Source: a virus
IMG/VR virus record: IMGVR_UViG_3300045988_116587
Coordinates: 1-59,801 of that record
Direction: 5' to 3' (one strand)
Length of the DNA stretch: 59,801 bases
Made by a program: the position numbers and the translations under genes. The notes below the pieces were generated by a model. That model made no database searches. It was given only the letters and a program-made list of their open reading frames with translations, and was not told where the DNA came from. Shown in pieces: positions 7,517 to 17,200 of this stretch (the first letter of the stretch is position 1; each line of letters opens with the position of its first letter).

Positions 7517-7905
7517 GATATCACGACATTACGAAAGATGATATGAAAAACGGGGACGGATTACGGATTGTCCTCTGGATGTCCGGGTGTTCACACCACT
7601 GCCCGGATTGCCAAAACCCGGTTACGTGGGATCCAATGTATATTGGAAATCGGAATGACACGTTAATATTGTGCCAATATATCAAACGAGTGTTTCCGAA
7701 GAAAACAATTTGGATGTACACCGGGTACTGGTATGAAGGTATCAAAGATCATGAAATCATGAAGTATGTAGACGTTCTGGTAGACGGAACATTCGTCAAG
7801 GCACTGAAAGACAATACATTGAAATGGCGAGGAAGTTCCAATCAGAGGGTTATCAACGTACAGGAATCAAGACAAATGGATAAAATATGCCTTTTATGCG
7901 ATTAA
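7513..7905 (+). CDS. nrdG: NrdG-like anaerobic RNR activase, internally shortened
   Basis: N-terminus NGDGLRIVLWMSGCSHHCPDCQNPVTW (CxxxCxxC) and C-terminus VLVDGTF...LKWRGSSNQRVI match NrdG. The central SAM-binding GGDP segment is missing (130 aa total). Confidence 0.7.
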   Translation: MRYHDITKDDMKNGDGLRIVLWMSGCSHHCPDCQNPVTWDPMYIGNRNDTLILCQYIKRVFPKKTIWMYTGYWYEGIKDHEIMKYVDVLVDGTFVKALKDNTLKWRGSSNQRVINVQESRQMDKICLLCD

Positions 7906-7916
7906 AAGATAAATCA

Positions 7917-7947
7917 GACAATCACAGATCATGTGGTTGTCTTTTTT
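7917..7947 (+). terminator. Intrinsic terminator after the NrdG-like gene
   Basis: Stem GACAATCAC / GTGGTTGTC (one G-U) followed by T6 (7942-7947). Confidence 0.6.
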
Positions 7948-8043
7948 ATATAAAAATGCATTCTCACGCGTTAGATGAGAAAAAGTTAAATCCATGCTGA
8001 TAGAACAGCGACAAAAAATGTAGATTGCACGGAGGTAATAACA

Positions 8044-8622
8044 ATGACAAGAGAACAGGCAAAGAAAAATTTGATTGCATTAGGGATTGCAGAACCAACG
8101 GAAGATCAGGTTTCTAACTATCTGAATCAGTTCCATGGCGATGTAGAACCACCAACACCAAATCCAGCCCCAAATCCAACACCGGCACCAACCCCACAGC
8201 CAGCACCGCAGCCAAACCAGACACAAACACCGGGAAATGCAGATCTGAATGAAATAGAGAAGCTGCAAAAACAGATTGCGGATCTTCAGAAAGAGAATGT
8301 CAAAAAAGATATTCGTGCATATGCAGCTGAAAAGGGACTGACAGGGGAACAGACTGAAAAAATTCTTGGTGCATTACAGGACGATTTAGAAGTTGCAAAA
8401 ACCGCAATCGATTCCATGTCACAGATTATCTCTGATAAAGAAACTGCCGCAGCTCAGAAAAAAGAGCAGGAAATCGCCAAAGGAAGCATGAATCCGGGCG
8501 GTGGAACTGGCGGCACAAACAAAGGTGATGAGAAGCCAGAAGATGTGAAAAATGCTGAATCCATCTATTTTGGCGAAAAACAGGGTGAACAGTCTATGAA
8601 AGACTATTACCTGATGAAGTAA
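8044..8622 (+). CDS. Scaffolding protein
   Basis: 192-aa ORF between portal and capsid. Pro-rich PTPNPAPNPTPAPTPQPAPQP tract followed by a charged coiled-coil-like region. Confidence 0.7.
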   Translation: MTREQAKKNLIALGIAEPTEDQVSNYLNQFHGDVEPPTPNPAPNPTPAPTPQPAPQPNQTQTPGNADLNEIEKLQKQIADLQKENVKKDIRAYAAEKGLTGEQTEKILGALQDDLEVAKTAIDSMSQIISDKETAAAQKKEQEIAKGSMNPGGGTGGTNKGDEKPEDVKNAESIYFGEKQGEQSMKDYYLMK

Positions 8623-8632
8623 GGAGGACAAC

Positions 8633-8980
8633 ATGGGAAAACCAACTGTAAGAGAGTTTACACAGGGAAAAGGAATTTTGAAATTTTTTCCGTATGAGGG
8701 AGCAGCGTGTGTGGTTCCACAGACTGCGGTAAGCGCAGCTGACGAAAATGGAATGAAGATTGTGAAAGCAGGAACACCGTATCCGTCCAACGATGCAAAG
8801 TGCCTTGGATATCTTCTGGAAGATGTAGATGTTACTCAGGGCGATGCACCTGGAACGTATGTATACCAGGGAACTATCGACTGGGAAAAGGTAAAAACAC
8901 TTTCACCAACTATTGCAGATGCAGCTAGAAAAGCAACTCCTAGAGTTACATTTTACGGCGCACCACAGATTACAGAATAA
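8633..8980 (+). CDS. Head decoration-like protein
   Basis: 115-aa ORF immediately upstream of a gpE-type capsid gene. Position and size resemble gpD/DUF2190-type decoration proteins. Confidence 0.4.
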   Translation: MGKPTVREFTQGKGILKFFPYEGAACVVPQTAVSAADENGMKIVKAGTPYPSNDAKCLGYLLEDVDVTQGDAPGTYVYQGTIDWEKVKTLSPTIADAARKATPRVTFYGAPQITE

Positions 8981-8999
8981 TCCAGGAGGTATATAAATC

Positions 9000-10088
9000 A
9001 TGGCTTTACCATTAAGAGAAGCGTTTACTGCCAGAAGCCTTGAAGTGATGTGGGATAACTACAAAGCATCCCTCGCACTGCCACCGTATCTTGGCAGACA
9101 GAAATTTGGAACAACAAAACAGGATTCTCTCAGCATCAGATACATTATGGGAGAAAATTCACAGCCGATCGCATTAAAAGCATCCAACTTTGATGCACAG
9201 GCTCCACTGAGAGACGTTGGTGGATTCCAGGATATCCAGAACAAGATGCCGTTCTACAGAGAGTCCTACATGATCACTGAGGAAGAGGAACAGGCATATG
9301 CTGATTACCAGGCGGCTGAAAATTCCAGTCTGGCAAACCAGGTACTGAGACAGATCAGTAAAAAACCTATGATGCTGATTCAGGGCGCAATGGTGGTTCC
9401 TGAGAGACAGATTTGGGAGCTTCTGGCACCGGCTGACGGTGTACCGAAAGTAACTGTCAATATCGAAGGCAAAAAGTACGTTATTGATTACACAGCGGAC
9501 AACGGAACGAAGCACAAAACAGATCACTTCATCGAAATATCCGGTGAAACAGACAAATGGACAGCATCCGCAACAGCAACACCACTGGCGGACCTGATTA
9601 AAGCCAGAAGAGAGTTCGCAAAGAAAACTGGATATTCCCTGACAAGATTCTCCATGAACACAGAAACATTCGAAATGATTCTGAACGCTGAAGACACCAA
9701 AAAACAGGTTCTGGGAATCACTGCCTACAACGGTGGCATCAGAGTGAGACAGGAAGATGTTCTGGCATATCTGAGAGGATACGGAATCGAAATCGAAGTG
9801 TACGACAAGATGTACGTTGATGAATCTGGCGTTACTCAGTATTTTATTCCGACTAATATTATATCCTGCCAGTCCGCAGGTGTATACCTCGGAGATTACA
9901 TCTTCGGAAGAACACCGGAAGAAAGAAGCGGTGACAAAGCAACAGGAAATCTGTCTATCGTAGAAACTGGTATTTCTGTTTACACATATGCGACGGATCA
10001 TCCGATAAATACACACTGCATCGTATCTATGATCGGTCTTCCGTCTTTCGAGGGAATGAACAGCGTTGTGGTCATGAAAGTAGCGTAA
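9000..10088 (+). CDS. Major capsid protein (lambda gpE-like family)
   Basis: 362-aa ORF. The N-terminal pattern (PPYLGRQKFGT..., ALKASNFDAQAP, PFYRESY) resembles the Phage_cap_E family. Position is typical. Confidence 0.85.
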   Translation: MALPLREAFTARSLEVMWDNYKASLALPPYLGRQKFGTTKQDSLSIRYIMGENSQPIALKASNFDAQAPLRDVGGFQDIQNKMPFYRESYMITEEEEQAYADYQAAENSSLANQVLRQISKKPMMLIQGAMVVPERQIWELLAPADGVPKVTVNIEGKKYVIDYTADNGTKHKTDHFIEISGETDKWTASATATPLADLIKARREFAKKTGYSLTRFSMNTETFEMILNAEDTKKQVLGITAYNGGIRVRQEDVLAYLRGYGIEIEVYDKMYVDESGVTQYFIPTNIISCQSAGVYLGDYIFGRTPEERSGDKATGNLSIVETGISVYTYATDHPINTHCIVSMIGLPSFEGMNSVVVMKVA

Positions 10089-10100
10089 GGCGGTGTGTGT

Positions 10101-10337
10101 ATGATTGCAGACCATTTAATGAAAGTGAATGGTCGGTGGTATAAAGCGGGAGAAGAGGTTTCCGAATCTCCCGTTGAAAAACCATCACCAGAAAAGACCA
10201 GATATACAAAGACGGAAATCAACAAGATGAATGTTTCAGAACTTCGGAGATTGGCAGCTGAAAACGGTGTCAAAGATCCAGAGGGTATCAATGGGACAGA
10301 CCTGAAATCTTATTTGATTTCTGCGTTTGGGCTGTAA
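10101..10337 (+). CDS. Hypothetical protein with SAP/Rho-N-like helix-extended-helix motif
   Basis: ATG 10101 in frame with tracked ORF 10095..10337. Motif VSELRRLAAENGVKDPEGINGTDLKSYL. Confidence 0.5.
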   Translation: MIADHLMKVNGRWYKAGEEVSESPVEKPSPEKTRYTKTEINKMNVSELRRLAAENGVKDPEGINGTDLKSYLISAFGL

Positions 10338-10346
10338 GGAGAAGAA

Positions 10347-10685
10347 ATGGAAGTAACAGAATCAATCAAGAATTTGGCAACTGAATATTTTGATGACGTT
10401 CCGGAATTAAAAGGTCAGATTCCACCGAAACTTCTGGTTGATTTTGCTATACGAAAATATAAGCAGGTCAGAAATTTCCCAAAAGGATATACGGAAGAAC
10501 AGGTTGGAAGTGATCTAGAGGAAAACAAGTCCATTATCGCTATGGCAGTGGTGGATTTGTATCTGAAGACAGGAGCTTTTGGTGAGACTTCACACAGCGA
10601 AAATTCAACAACACGTTCCTGGGAAAATGCTTATATATCCAGTTCGATATACAGCGATGTACTACCATATGTACATGCTTTATAA
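10347..10685 (+). CDS. Head-tail connector (gp6-like DNA-packaging/adaptor protein)
   Basis: 112-aa ORF directly after the capsid module. Size and position are typical. Confidence 0.6.
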   Translation: MEVTESIKNLATEYFDDVPELKGQIPPKLLVDFAIRKYKQVRNFPKGYTEEQVGSDLEENKSIIAMAVVDLYLKTGAFGETSHSENSTTRSWENAYISSSIYSDVLPYVHAL

Positions 10686-10790
10686 GAAGAATGTGCGTGA
10701 TTGTTCAGATGTAAGTATCTGGACGGTTGCAGGGTATCAGTCATTACGGGCGGTGGGCAGACTGATTTACAAAAGAAATATGGAGAAAAC

Positions 10791-11105
10791 ATGCGTGAAA
10801 TAATATTACAGACTTATATCGTTTCTCTTCCGATTCTTCTTGGGTATATCGTGTGGTTGCTGAAAAATCAAAAGAAATATAGAGATGCAAACGGGAAAGG
10901 CACTATGTTGCTTTTGAAGATTCAGCTGATTGAATATCACTCAAAGTACACAGAAGCTAGATATATTCCGTCTTACGCGTATCAAACGTTTTGTGAAATA
11001 TACGAAGCGTATCATGCGCTTGGAGGAAACGGGCTGGGAACGAAAATGAAAGAAGAGATTGACGAACTTCACATTAGAAAAAAGTCAAGTGGAGGTGAGA
11101 ATTAA
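10791..11105 (+). CDS. Membrane protein (possible holin/antiholin partner)
   Basis: ATG 10791 follows GGAG. N-terminal TM segment IILQTYIVSLPILLGYIVWLL. In frame with tracked ORF 10701..11105. Confidence 0.5.
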   Translation: MREIILQTYIVSLPILLGYIVWLLKNQKKYRDANGKGTMLLLKIQLIEYHSKYTEARYIPSYAYQTFCEIYEAYHALGGNGLGTKMKEEIDELHIRKKSSGGEN

Positions 11106-11380
11106 TGGATATTTCAACAATGGGAACAGTACTCGCTATCGTAGTCATCACATATCTGATTGGACTTGGTGCAAAACTGTGTCCAAAAATCAAAGACAAT
11201 GTGATTCCGGTGATCGTAGGAGTTGCAGGTGGAATCCTTGGTGCGGTCGGAATGTATGTCATTCCTGATTTTCCGGCACAGGATATTATGAACGCAGTAG
11301 CTGTCGGTATCGTATCTGGATTAGCCAGCACAGGTGCGGATCAGGTTGTAAAACAGACCAAAAAGGCAAAAGAAGAATGA
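11105..11380 (+). CDS. Holin (Hol118-like pattern)
   Basis: 91 aa with 2-3 TM segments and a charged C-terminus KQTKKAKEE. Pattern VIPVIVGVAGGILGAVG...GIVSGLASTGADQVVKQ resembles A118-type holins (from memory). Confidence 0.6.
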   Translation: MDISTMGTVLAIVVITYLIGLGAKLCPKIKDNVIPVIVGVAGGILGAVGMYVIPDFPAQDIMNAVAVGIVSGLASTGADQVVKQTKKAKEE

Positions 11381-11814
11381 TCGCGCTGCAAGCGAACAAA
11401 CAGAGTATGAAATACCTGATTCCCGGAAAGTCGGAACCTGTTTATGAAACGGACGATGATGGAAATATCAAATACATTATCGTGGACGGAAGACAGGAAC
11501 CGATTGCAACAGGAGAGTATCGGGTGACTGCCGGTGAAATCGTTGATTTTCGAGCAAACATCAATTCTACTCTGACAGAAGCGTTTATCCGTGCATTCGG
11601 CATAGATGATTCGTCGGACAAAGCAACGATTGTGAGTACAAAGAATTTTCTTCCATTAAGAGTTGGAATGAGGATCTGGAAAGATTCAGAAGTTTTGTAT
11701 AAGAACGAAACAGTAGATGCGGATTCAGCTGATTACGAGGTGATTGGCGTGAACACGGAAGCATTGAATGAAGATTGTTTTTTGCTAAAAAAACTTTTGC
11801 ACAACGGGGGGTGA
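11377..11814 (+). CDS. Head-closure / neck protein (putative)
   Basis: 145-aa ORF in the head-tail joining block. Assigned by position only. Confidence 0.4.
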   Translation: MIALQANKQSMKYLIPGKSEPVYETDDDGNIKYIIVDGRQEPIATGEYRVTAGEIVDFRANINSTLTEAFIRAFGIDDSSDKATIVSTKNFLPLRVGMRIWKDSEVLYKNETVDADSADYEVIGVNTEALNEDCFLLKKLLHNGG

Positions 11815-11820
11815 CTGACT

Positions 11821-12354
11821 GTGAAAAAGATATCTTTTGGATTGTCTGTAAAAAGCATTCAAAACGCTATCGAAGAAATTGAAGATTATCAGAGATCTTT
11901 CAATAAAAAAGTGGAGGAATTCGTCACCGAACTTTCCAAGTACGGAAGAATCGTAGCTATGGAAAAAGTACAGGAATCTCCACTTGGAAAGACAGTCACC
12001 CTGCGATGTGAAACTACGCCGGAAGAAATGGGGTGCAAAGCTATCCTGATTGCTACGGGAGAATTAAAACAGGCAGAGGGACACGAACCATTTTCAACAT
12101 TGCTGGCAATCGAATTTGGAGCAGGTATTTTTCACAACAAAGTACCGAATCCAAAAGCAAATGAAATGGGATACGGTGTCGGAACGTTCCCGGGGCAGGT
12201 TCATGCATTTGAGGATGGATGGTATTACCTCGGAGACGATGATAAATGGCACTATACGCACGGTGTTAAAGCAACAATGCCAATGTATAATGCAAGTGTA
12301 GAAATGGCGAAAAACGCCAAAAGAATTGCGAGAGAGGTGTTTGGAAATGGATAA
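11821..12354 (+). CDS. Neck/tail-completion protein (HK97 gp10-like position)
   Basis: 177-aa ORF with a GTG start, in the head-tail joining block. Assigned by position only. Confidence 0.4.
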   Translation: MKKISFGLSVKSIQNAIEEIEDYQRSFNKKVEEFVTELSKYGRIVAMEKVQESPLGKTVTLRCETTPEEMGCKAILIATGELKQAEGHEPFSTLLAIEFGAGIFHNKVPNPKANEMGYGVGTFPGQVHAFEDGWYYLGDDDKWHYTHGVKATMPMYNASVEMAKNAKRIAREVFGNG

Positions 12355-12757
12355 TTCGTGGGTTTTTGACTTAGAAACGCGGATTTTCTCTATTGTCAGT
12401 GCGAAAGTGAGTAGAAAACTGAAAGAGAAATATCCAAACATCTTTTTCACAACAACTTCAAGTCCGAAAGATGTTATCACAAAGTTTCCTACCGTGTACA
12501 TCCATGAGATGCCGGGTTCAGAATCTGGAATCACAAAGGAAAGGGATAAAATCAACGGAATCTCGTATGCAATGCAGATTGAAGTGACAACAAATGTTTC
12601 ACAAAAAGAAGCAAAAACGGTACTGAAAGAGGTCGCATTTGCTTTTAAAGAAATGGGATTTGAAATCAACAGTTTCCCAGAAGCAAGTAACGGAACTTCT
12701 TATTACCGTAGCATCATGCGTGTAAAAAGAAACATAGGATCAAAAGATGTACTGTAG
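12347..12757 (+). CDS. Tail terminator / tail-completion protein (putative)
   Basis: ATG 12347 overlaps the upstream stop (ATGGATAA). 136-aa ORF immediately upstream of the major tail gene. Confidence 0.45.
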   Translation: MDNSWVFDLETRIFSIVSAKVSRKLKEKYPNIFFTTTSSPKDVITKFPTVYIHEMPGSESGITKERDKINGISYAMQIEVTTNVSQKEAKTVLKEVAFAFKEMGFEINSFPEASNGTSYYRSIMRVKRNIGSKDVL

Positions 12758-12759
12758 AC

Positions 12760-12781
12760 AGAGCCTTAAGGCTCTTTTTTT
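12760..12781 (+). terminator. Intrinsic terminator
   Basis: Stem AGAGCC-TTAA-GGCTCT followed by a T-run ending at 12781. Confidence 0.7.
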
Positions 12782-12814
12782 ATTTGCCAAAATGGCAGAA
12801 AGATAGGTGAAAAC

Positions 12815-13309
12815 ATGGCTTTTACAAGTTATAAATCAAGGGTAATCTACAAAGAAATGACAGAAACTGACCCTACAAAAGCGGATTTCGCAGGTACTTA
12901 TAACCTTCTGTGTGCTGCTAAAAGTATTCCGGCACCGGTATCAGCCCCAAACACGGTAGAATCCACCACACTGGAAGACGATGCACAGACATATAAGAAA
13001 GGTGTCAAAACATCTGACTCCAAAGAGTTCACTGGAAATCTGGAAAAAGAGTATCTGGATAACATCGATAATTTGGGTGATAAGAGTCTGTGTATTATGC
13101 AGCTGTATGGAAATGACGGCATCGGTGGCGAAGCAAAATATGCTTATGTCGGACAGGCTTCTGCTACACCGAACGATATCGGCGGAGTTGATGAAATCGT
13201 AGAAATGGGTGTAACACTGATACCGAACACGGTAGCAAAGAAAGTTACAGACAACTACACTATCGTGGATAATAATGACGGAACATTTACAGTAACAAAA
13301 AAATCGTAA
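12815..13309 (+). CDS. Major tail protein
   Basis: 164-aa ORF immediately upstream of the chaperone/tape-measure genes. Strong upstream RBS. Confidence 0.75.
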   Translation: MAFTSYKSRVIYKEMTETDPTKADFAGTYNLLCAAKSIPAPVSAPNTVESTTLEDDAQTYKKGVKTSDSKEFTGNLEKEYLDNIDNLGDKSLCIMQLYGNDGIGGEAKYAYVGQASATPNDIGGVDEIVEMGVTLIPNTVAKKVTDNYTIVDNNDGTFTVTKKS

Positions 13310-13378
13310 GTCTCCAGAGTGAGTCAGCGACTACTGGGGACTATGTCTACAATTACGCTGGCGATTAGAGAAAAGGAA

Positions 13379-13402
13379 AAGGGCGGTCTTCGGATCGCCC
13401 TT
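13379..13402 (+). terminator. Hairpin, possible weak terminator after major tail gene
   Basis: Stem AAGGGCG / CGCCCTT. The downstream U-tract is weak. Confidence 0.35.
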
Positions 13403-13431
13403 CCCGTATTTTACGGAAAGGGAAGGAATAA

Positions 13432-13860
13432 ATGAGAAGAATCGTTATTAATGGAAGAGAATACGCAGCAAAACCGTTTGACTTCAACATGATCTGCGAC
13501 CTGGAAGATCTTGGAGTATCTATCGAAGATATTGAGAGAAAGCCGGTATCTATCGTAAGAGCATATGCAGGAATTTGTATGGGAAAATCGGCAAAAGAGA
13601 GTGGTCTTGAGATTCAGGAGCATCTGTTAAACGGCGGCAGCTTTGACGATATCATGAAAGTTATCAGTAAAGAAATGGAAGAATCTGATTTTTTTCGCAA
13701 CCTCGGGAAGGACAAGAAGGAGAAAACTCCAACGTATCCGGGCAAAAAGAGACAGAAAAATTATCACCAGAACAACCGGCACAATGGAAACAGAAATACC
13801 GGACACACCGGGAATATTACACCAATGAATGGTTCCCGGAAGCGAGACGACTGGGAATAA
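13432..13860 (+). CDS. Tail assembly chaperone (G-like, zero-frame product)
   Basis: ORF between the major tail and tape measure genes. After codon ~88 the zero frame becomes low-complexity (KKEKTPTYPGKKRQKNYHQNNRHNGNRN). Confidence 0.7.
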   Translation: MRRIVINGREYAAKPFDFNMICDLEDLGVSIEDIERKPVSIVRAYAGICMGKSAKESGLEIQEHLLNGGSFDDIMKVISKEMEESDFFRNLGKDKKEKTPTYPGKKRQKNYHQNNRHNGNRNTGHTGNITPMNGSRKRDDWE

Positions 13861-14186
13861 GCTGGGAAGAATTTTGGAAAATGAACCCACGGATTTTGAA
13901 TGCAGTACAAAAAGGCTATCAGAAGTCCGTGGAAGATCAGGACCGCATGAATTGGATGGATGGACAATACCAAATGTCGGCTGTTTTGACAGCTTTAGAT
14001 AAGGCTTTGAATGGAAAGAAATCAAAAGCGGAATATTTAAAGAAACCACTTTTTGAACTGATTTCCGATGAATCAAAGAGTAATACGGAAGAAAATGAGG
14101 ATTTGGCAATGCGTCTGGAGATTCAAAAGATGGAACAGTGGATTGCAAATGACAGAAGAAGAGGTCTTCCGGAAACGAAAATATAA
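13432..14186 (+). CDS. Tail assembly chaperone GT-like fusion product via -1 frameshift at 13689-13695
   Basis: The -1 frame reads protein-like sequence (SPEQPAQWKQKYRTHREYYTNEWFPEARRLGISWEEFWKMNPRIL...) and contains tracked ORF 13881..14186. Confidence 0.65.
13689..13695 (+). promoter_or_regulatory. -1 programmed ribosomal frameshift slippery heptamer U_UUU_UUU
   Basis: T7 tract phased as gaT TTT TTT in the chaperone frame. The -1 frame opens exactly here, after its TGA at 13686-13688, and stays open to 14186. Confidence 0.7.
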
Positions 14187-14201
14187 AGGCGGTGAGAACA
14201 T

Positions 14202-17200
14202 ATGTCTGATGAAATGGACACCCTTGAACTACAGATAGAAGCCAAAGCGAAAGGTGCGAATGCATCTTTAACAGGTCTTGTGAAACGACTTGGCAAAGTA
14301 TCTGATGCATTAACAAAAGTACAGGCATTGACCGCCGGTTTCGATAAGATCACAAACCTCGATTTTGGCGAAATAGAGGCTTATCGGACGGAACTCAGGG
14401 AATTTACCAAAGAGTTAAAAAACATCGGAAATAAGCCTGTAAAACCGCGTGTAGACAGGTCGGATTTAAAGTATACCTATAAAACACTGGACGAGATAAA
14501 GGAAAAATTCAAAGACGTTGGAAAAAATTTAGATTTTTCCGGACTCGGACAAACTGAACTTGATGCGAAAATCAAACAGACAGAGAAAAAACTTTCAGGA
14601 CTCAAAGACAGACTGCAAGAAAAACTGGATACGGAGAATGTAGACACCTACGGAAAAGCGTATGTCAATCTGGTTTATAAAATCCAGAAAGCGGAAAACG
14701 AACTGAAAGCACTGAAACAGGTAAGTACACCATTCGACCCTACTTCTTTGAAAAATATGAAAATTCAGAGAGGAGATACAGGGGAAAATACAGTCAATCC
14801 TGTTGCAGCAGAAACGACTTCGACTTCCAGTACAAATGTTCAGAAGATTGCAGAATCGGCAAAAGTGGCATCAGAAGAGGTAAGAAAACTCGGCCAAGAG
14901 TTGAATAATGTTTCGACTTCTGAAAATGTTTCAAAACCAGCATCTGGATTCGAGGAATTGAAAAGTGAAATTATACGGACAAAAGAAGCGATAGCAACTC
15001 TTGGAAATATTCCGTCTCAGGTAAAAGAAATTCCTGGAAAGATAAAGGAAATCTTTGGAAATCTAAAGATGAAAATTCAGGAATCGTCTGGTGTTAAGAT
15101 GCAACCGCCGGATTCAAGTGAGATTGAAACTACTCTGAAAAGGATTCAGAGTGAGATAGCGATCACCAAAGAAGCTATCAGGCAGGCTTTTTCAGCTGGA
15201 GATCTTGCAGGAGTGGAGGAATTATCTGCAGGTCTGAAAGAGCTGGAAAAATCACAGCGAGCATACACAAAGCTGAAAGAGTCAGTTTACGGTGCAGCAC
15301 AGAGCGGAAATGCGGTTACAAGGGCATTTCAGGCGATTGGAAGTATCGGAAACAAAGCAAACAACCTTGCCAAAGGATTCGATAAGGTACAGAAATCTGT
15401 TGCCAACGCAAGAAAGATGGCAAGCAAAGCTATCCATCCGTTCAGAACCTTAAAAGAATTGATGGGCGGAGTAAGCAGCGGTGGTAATGGAATGGGACTT
15501 GGACGGATGATTGGATCATCTATCCTGTTTTCTAGCATTTTCGGTGCAATCAGTCAGATAAAACAGGCTGTCAAAGAGGGTTCGGATAACCTTGTTCAAT
15601 ACAGCGACACCTACAACAAAAGCATTTCTGGCATGGTTTCGTCTTTACTGTACCTGAAAAATGCATGGGCAGCAGCTTTCGCTCCAATCATAAATGTAGT
15701 CGCACCTTATGTGTCTGCATTTATCGATATGATGGCTCGGGCACTGAACAGTGTTGGCCAGTTTATGGCAGCACTTACCGGAAAAGGCTTTGTCGTACAG
15801 GCGAAAAAGGCTTGGAAAGACTATGGCGCATCCATCGCTGATACAAGCAAAAATGCATCAAAAGGACTGAACAATACTAACGATTCTGCGAAAAAGCTGA
15901 AAAAGACCATTTTCGGTTTCGATGAACTGAATGTGCTGGCTTCCAATGACAATACCGGTTCTAACGGTGGTAACGGATCTGGAAATGGAAGCGGTGGTGG
16001 ATATACCGGTCCGTCCCCGTCAGATATGTTCGAGACTATAAAAGTCCCGGATTCCATGAAAGACTTGGCGGACAAGTTCAAGGAAGCACTTGCAAACTCC
16101 GATTTTACAGATATCGGGCGCATGATAAGCGATAAGCTGAGTAATGCATTAGAGAGTATTCAGTGGGATAAGGTTTACCGCCACGCTGAGAACTTCGGGA
16201 AAGACATTGCTACTTTTCTGAATGGATTGATTACACCACGATTATTCTATGATCTTGGAAAAACGCTTGCAAATTCCATCAACACTGCGCTCCATTCGGC
16301 AAACGCATTTGCAATCAATTTTGACTGGAAAAACCTCGGAACATCTCTAGCGAAGAGCTTAAAAGGTTTTATTGAAAACTGGGATGCAAAGCTGACAGCA
16401 CAGACTTTTAGCAATTTAGTAAAAGGGATTATTAATGGCATTACAGCGTATTTACAAACGCTGAGAAGTGACGAGGTTTTTGCTACAGTCGCAAAGAAAA
16501 TAGTTGACCTTATCTGCAACGTAGATTGGCTTGGTTTAGGTTGGGATTTACTTGGACTTTTTACAGCACTTGCCAGAGCTACCCTTGAAATGCCAGTACA
16601 GATCATAAAGGGCATTGCGGAAGGAATAGCAGAAAATATATTCGGTGTTAAATCAGTTGAAGAACTCAAGAAGAAAGCGTGGGATTATGTCCTTAAAGGG
16701 GCAGCTGCGCTGAATGACAAGTTTACAGAGTGGTACGATGCCGCAGGAAATCTAATCAGTGGATTTTTCAAAGGAATTGGCGATGCGGTAAAAAATATCA
16801 AGGAATGGATTAAGGAATATGTCGTAGATCCTTTCATAAAAGGCTTCAAGGCACTTTTTGGTATAAATTCTCCATCAACCGTAATGGCTGAAATCGGTCA
16901 GTGGATTCTTCCGGGATTCCTGAACGGTGTCAAAGAAAAGGTTACAGACGTAATTAACTGGTTCGGAAGTCTTCCTGGCAAAATCAAAGATGCTCTCGGC
17001 AATGCAAAAGACTGGTTGGTTGAAAAAGGTAAGGGAGCTATCGAGGGAATTAAAAATGGTTGGGAATCTGTAAAAGATAGCAACTTCTTACAAAACGCAA
17101 GAAAGCTGAAAGACGAAGCGTTTACAGCTGTAGGTGATGTAGCTGGAAAAGTAAAACAGAAAGGTATCGACCTGATTTCCGGTATCAAGTCTGGTTACGA

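Noticed and set aside
9174-10115. 313-aa ORF on the minus strand
   Set aside because: It is fully antisense to the well-supported major capsid gene. Its composition is Cys/His/Phe-rich and not protein-like, it has no SD, and it breaks the co-directional late operon. It is a typical shadow ORF.
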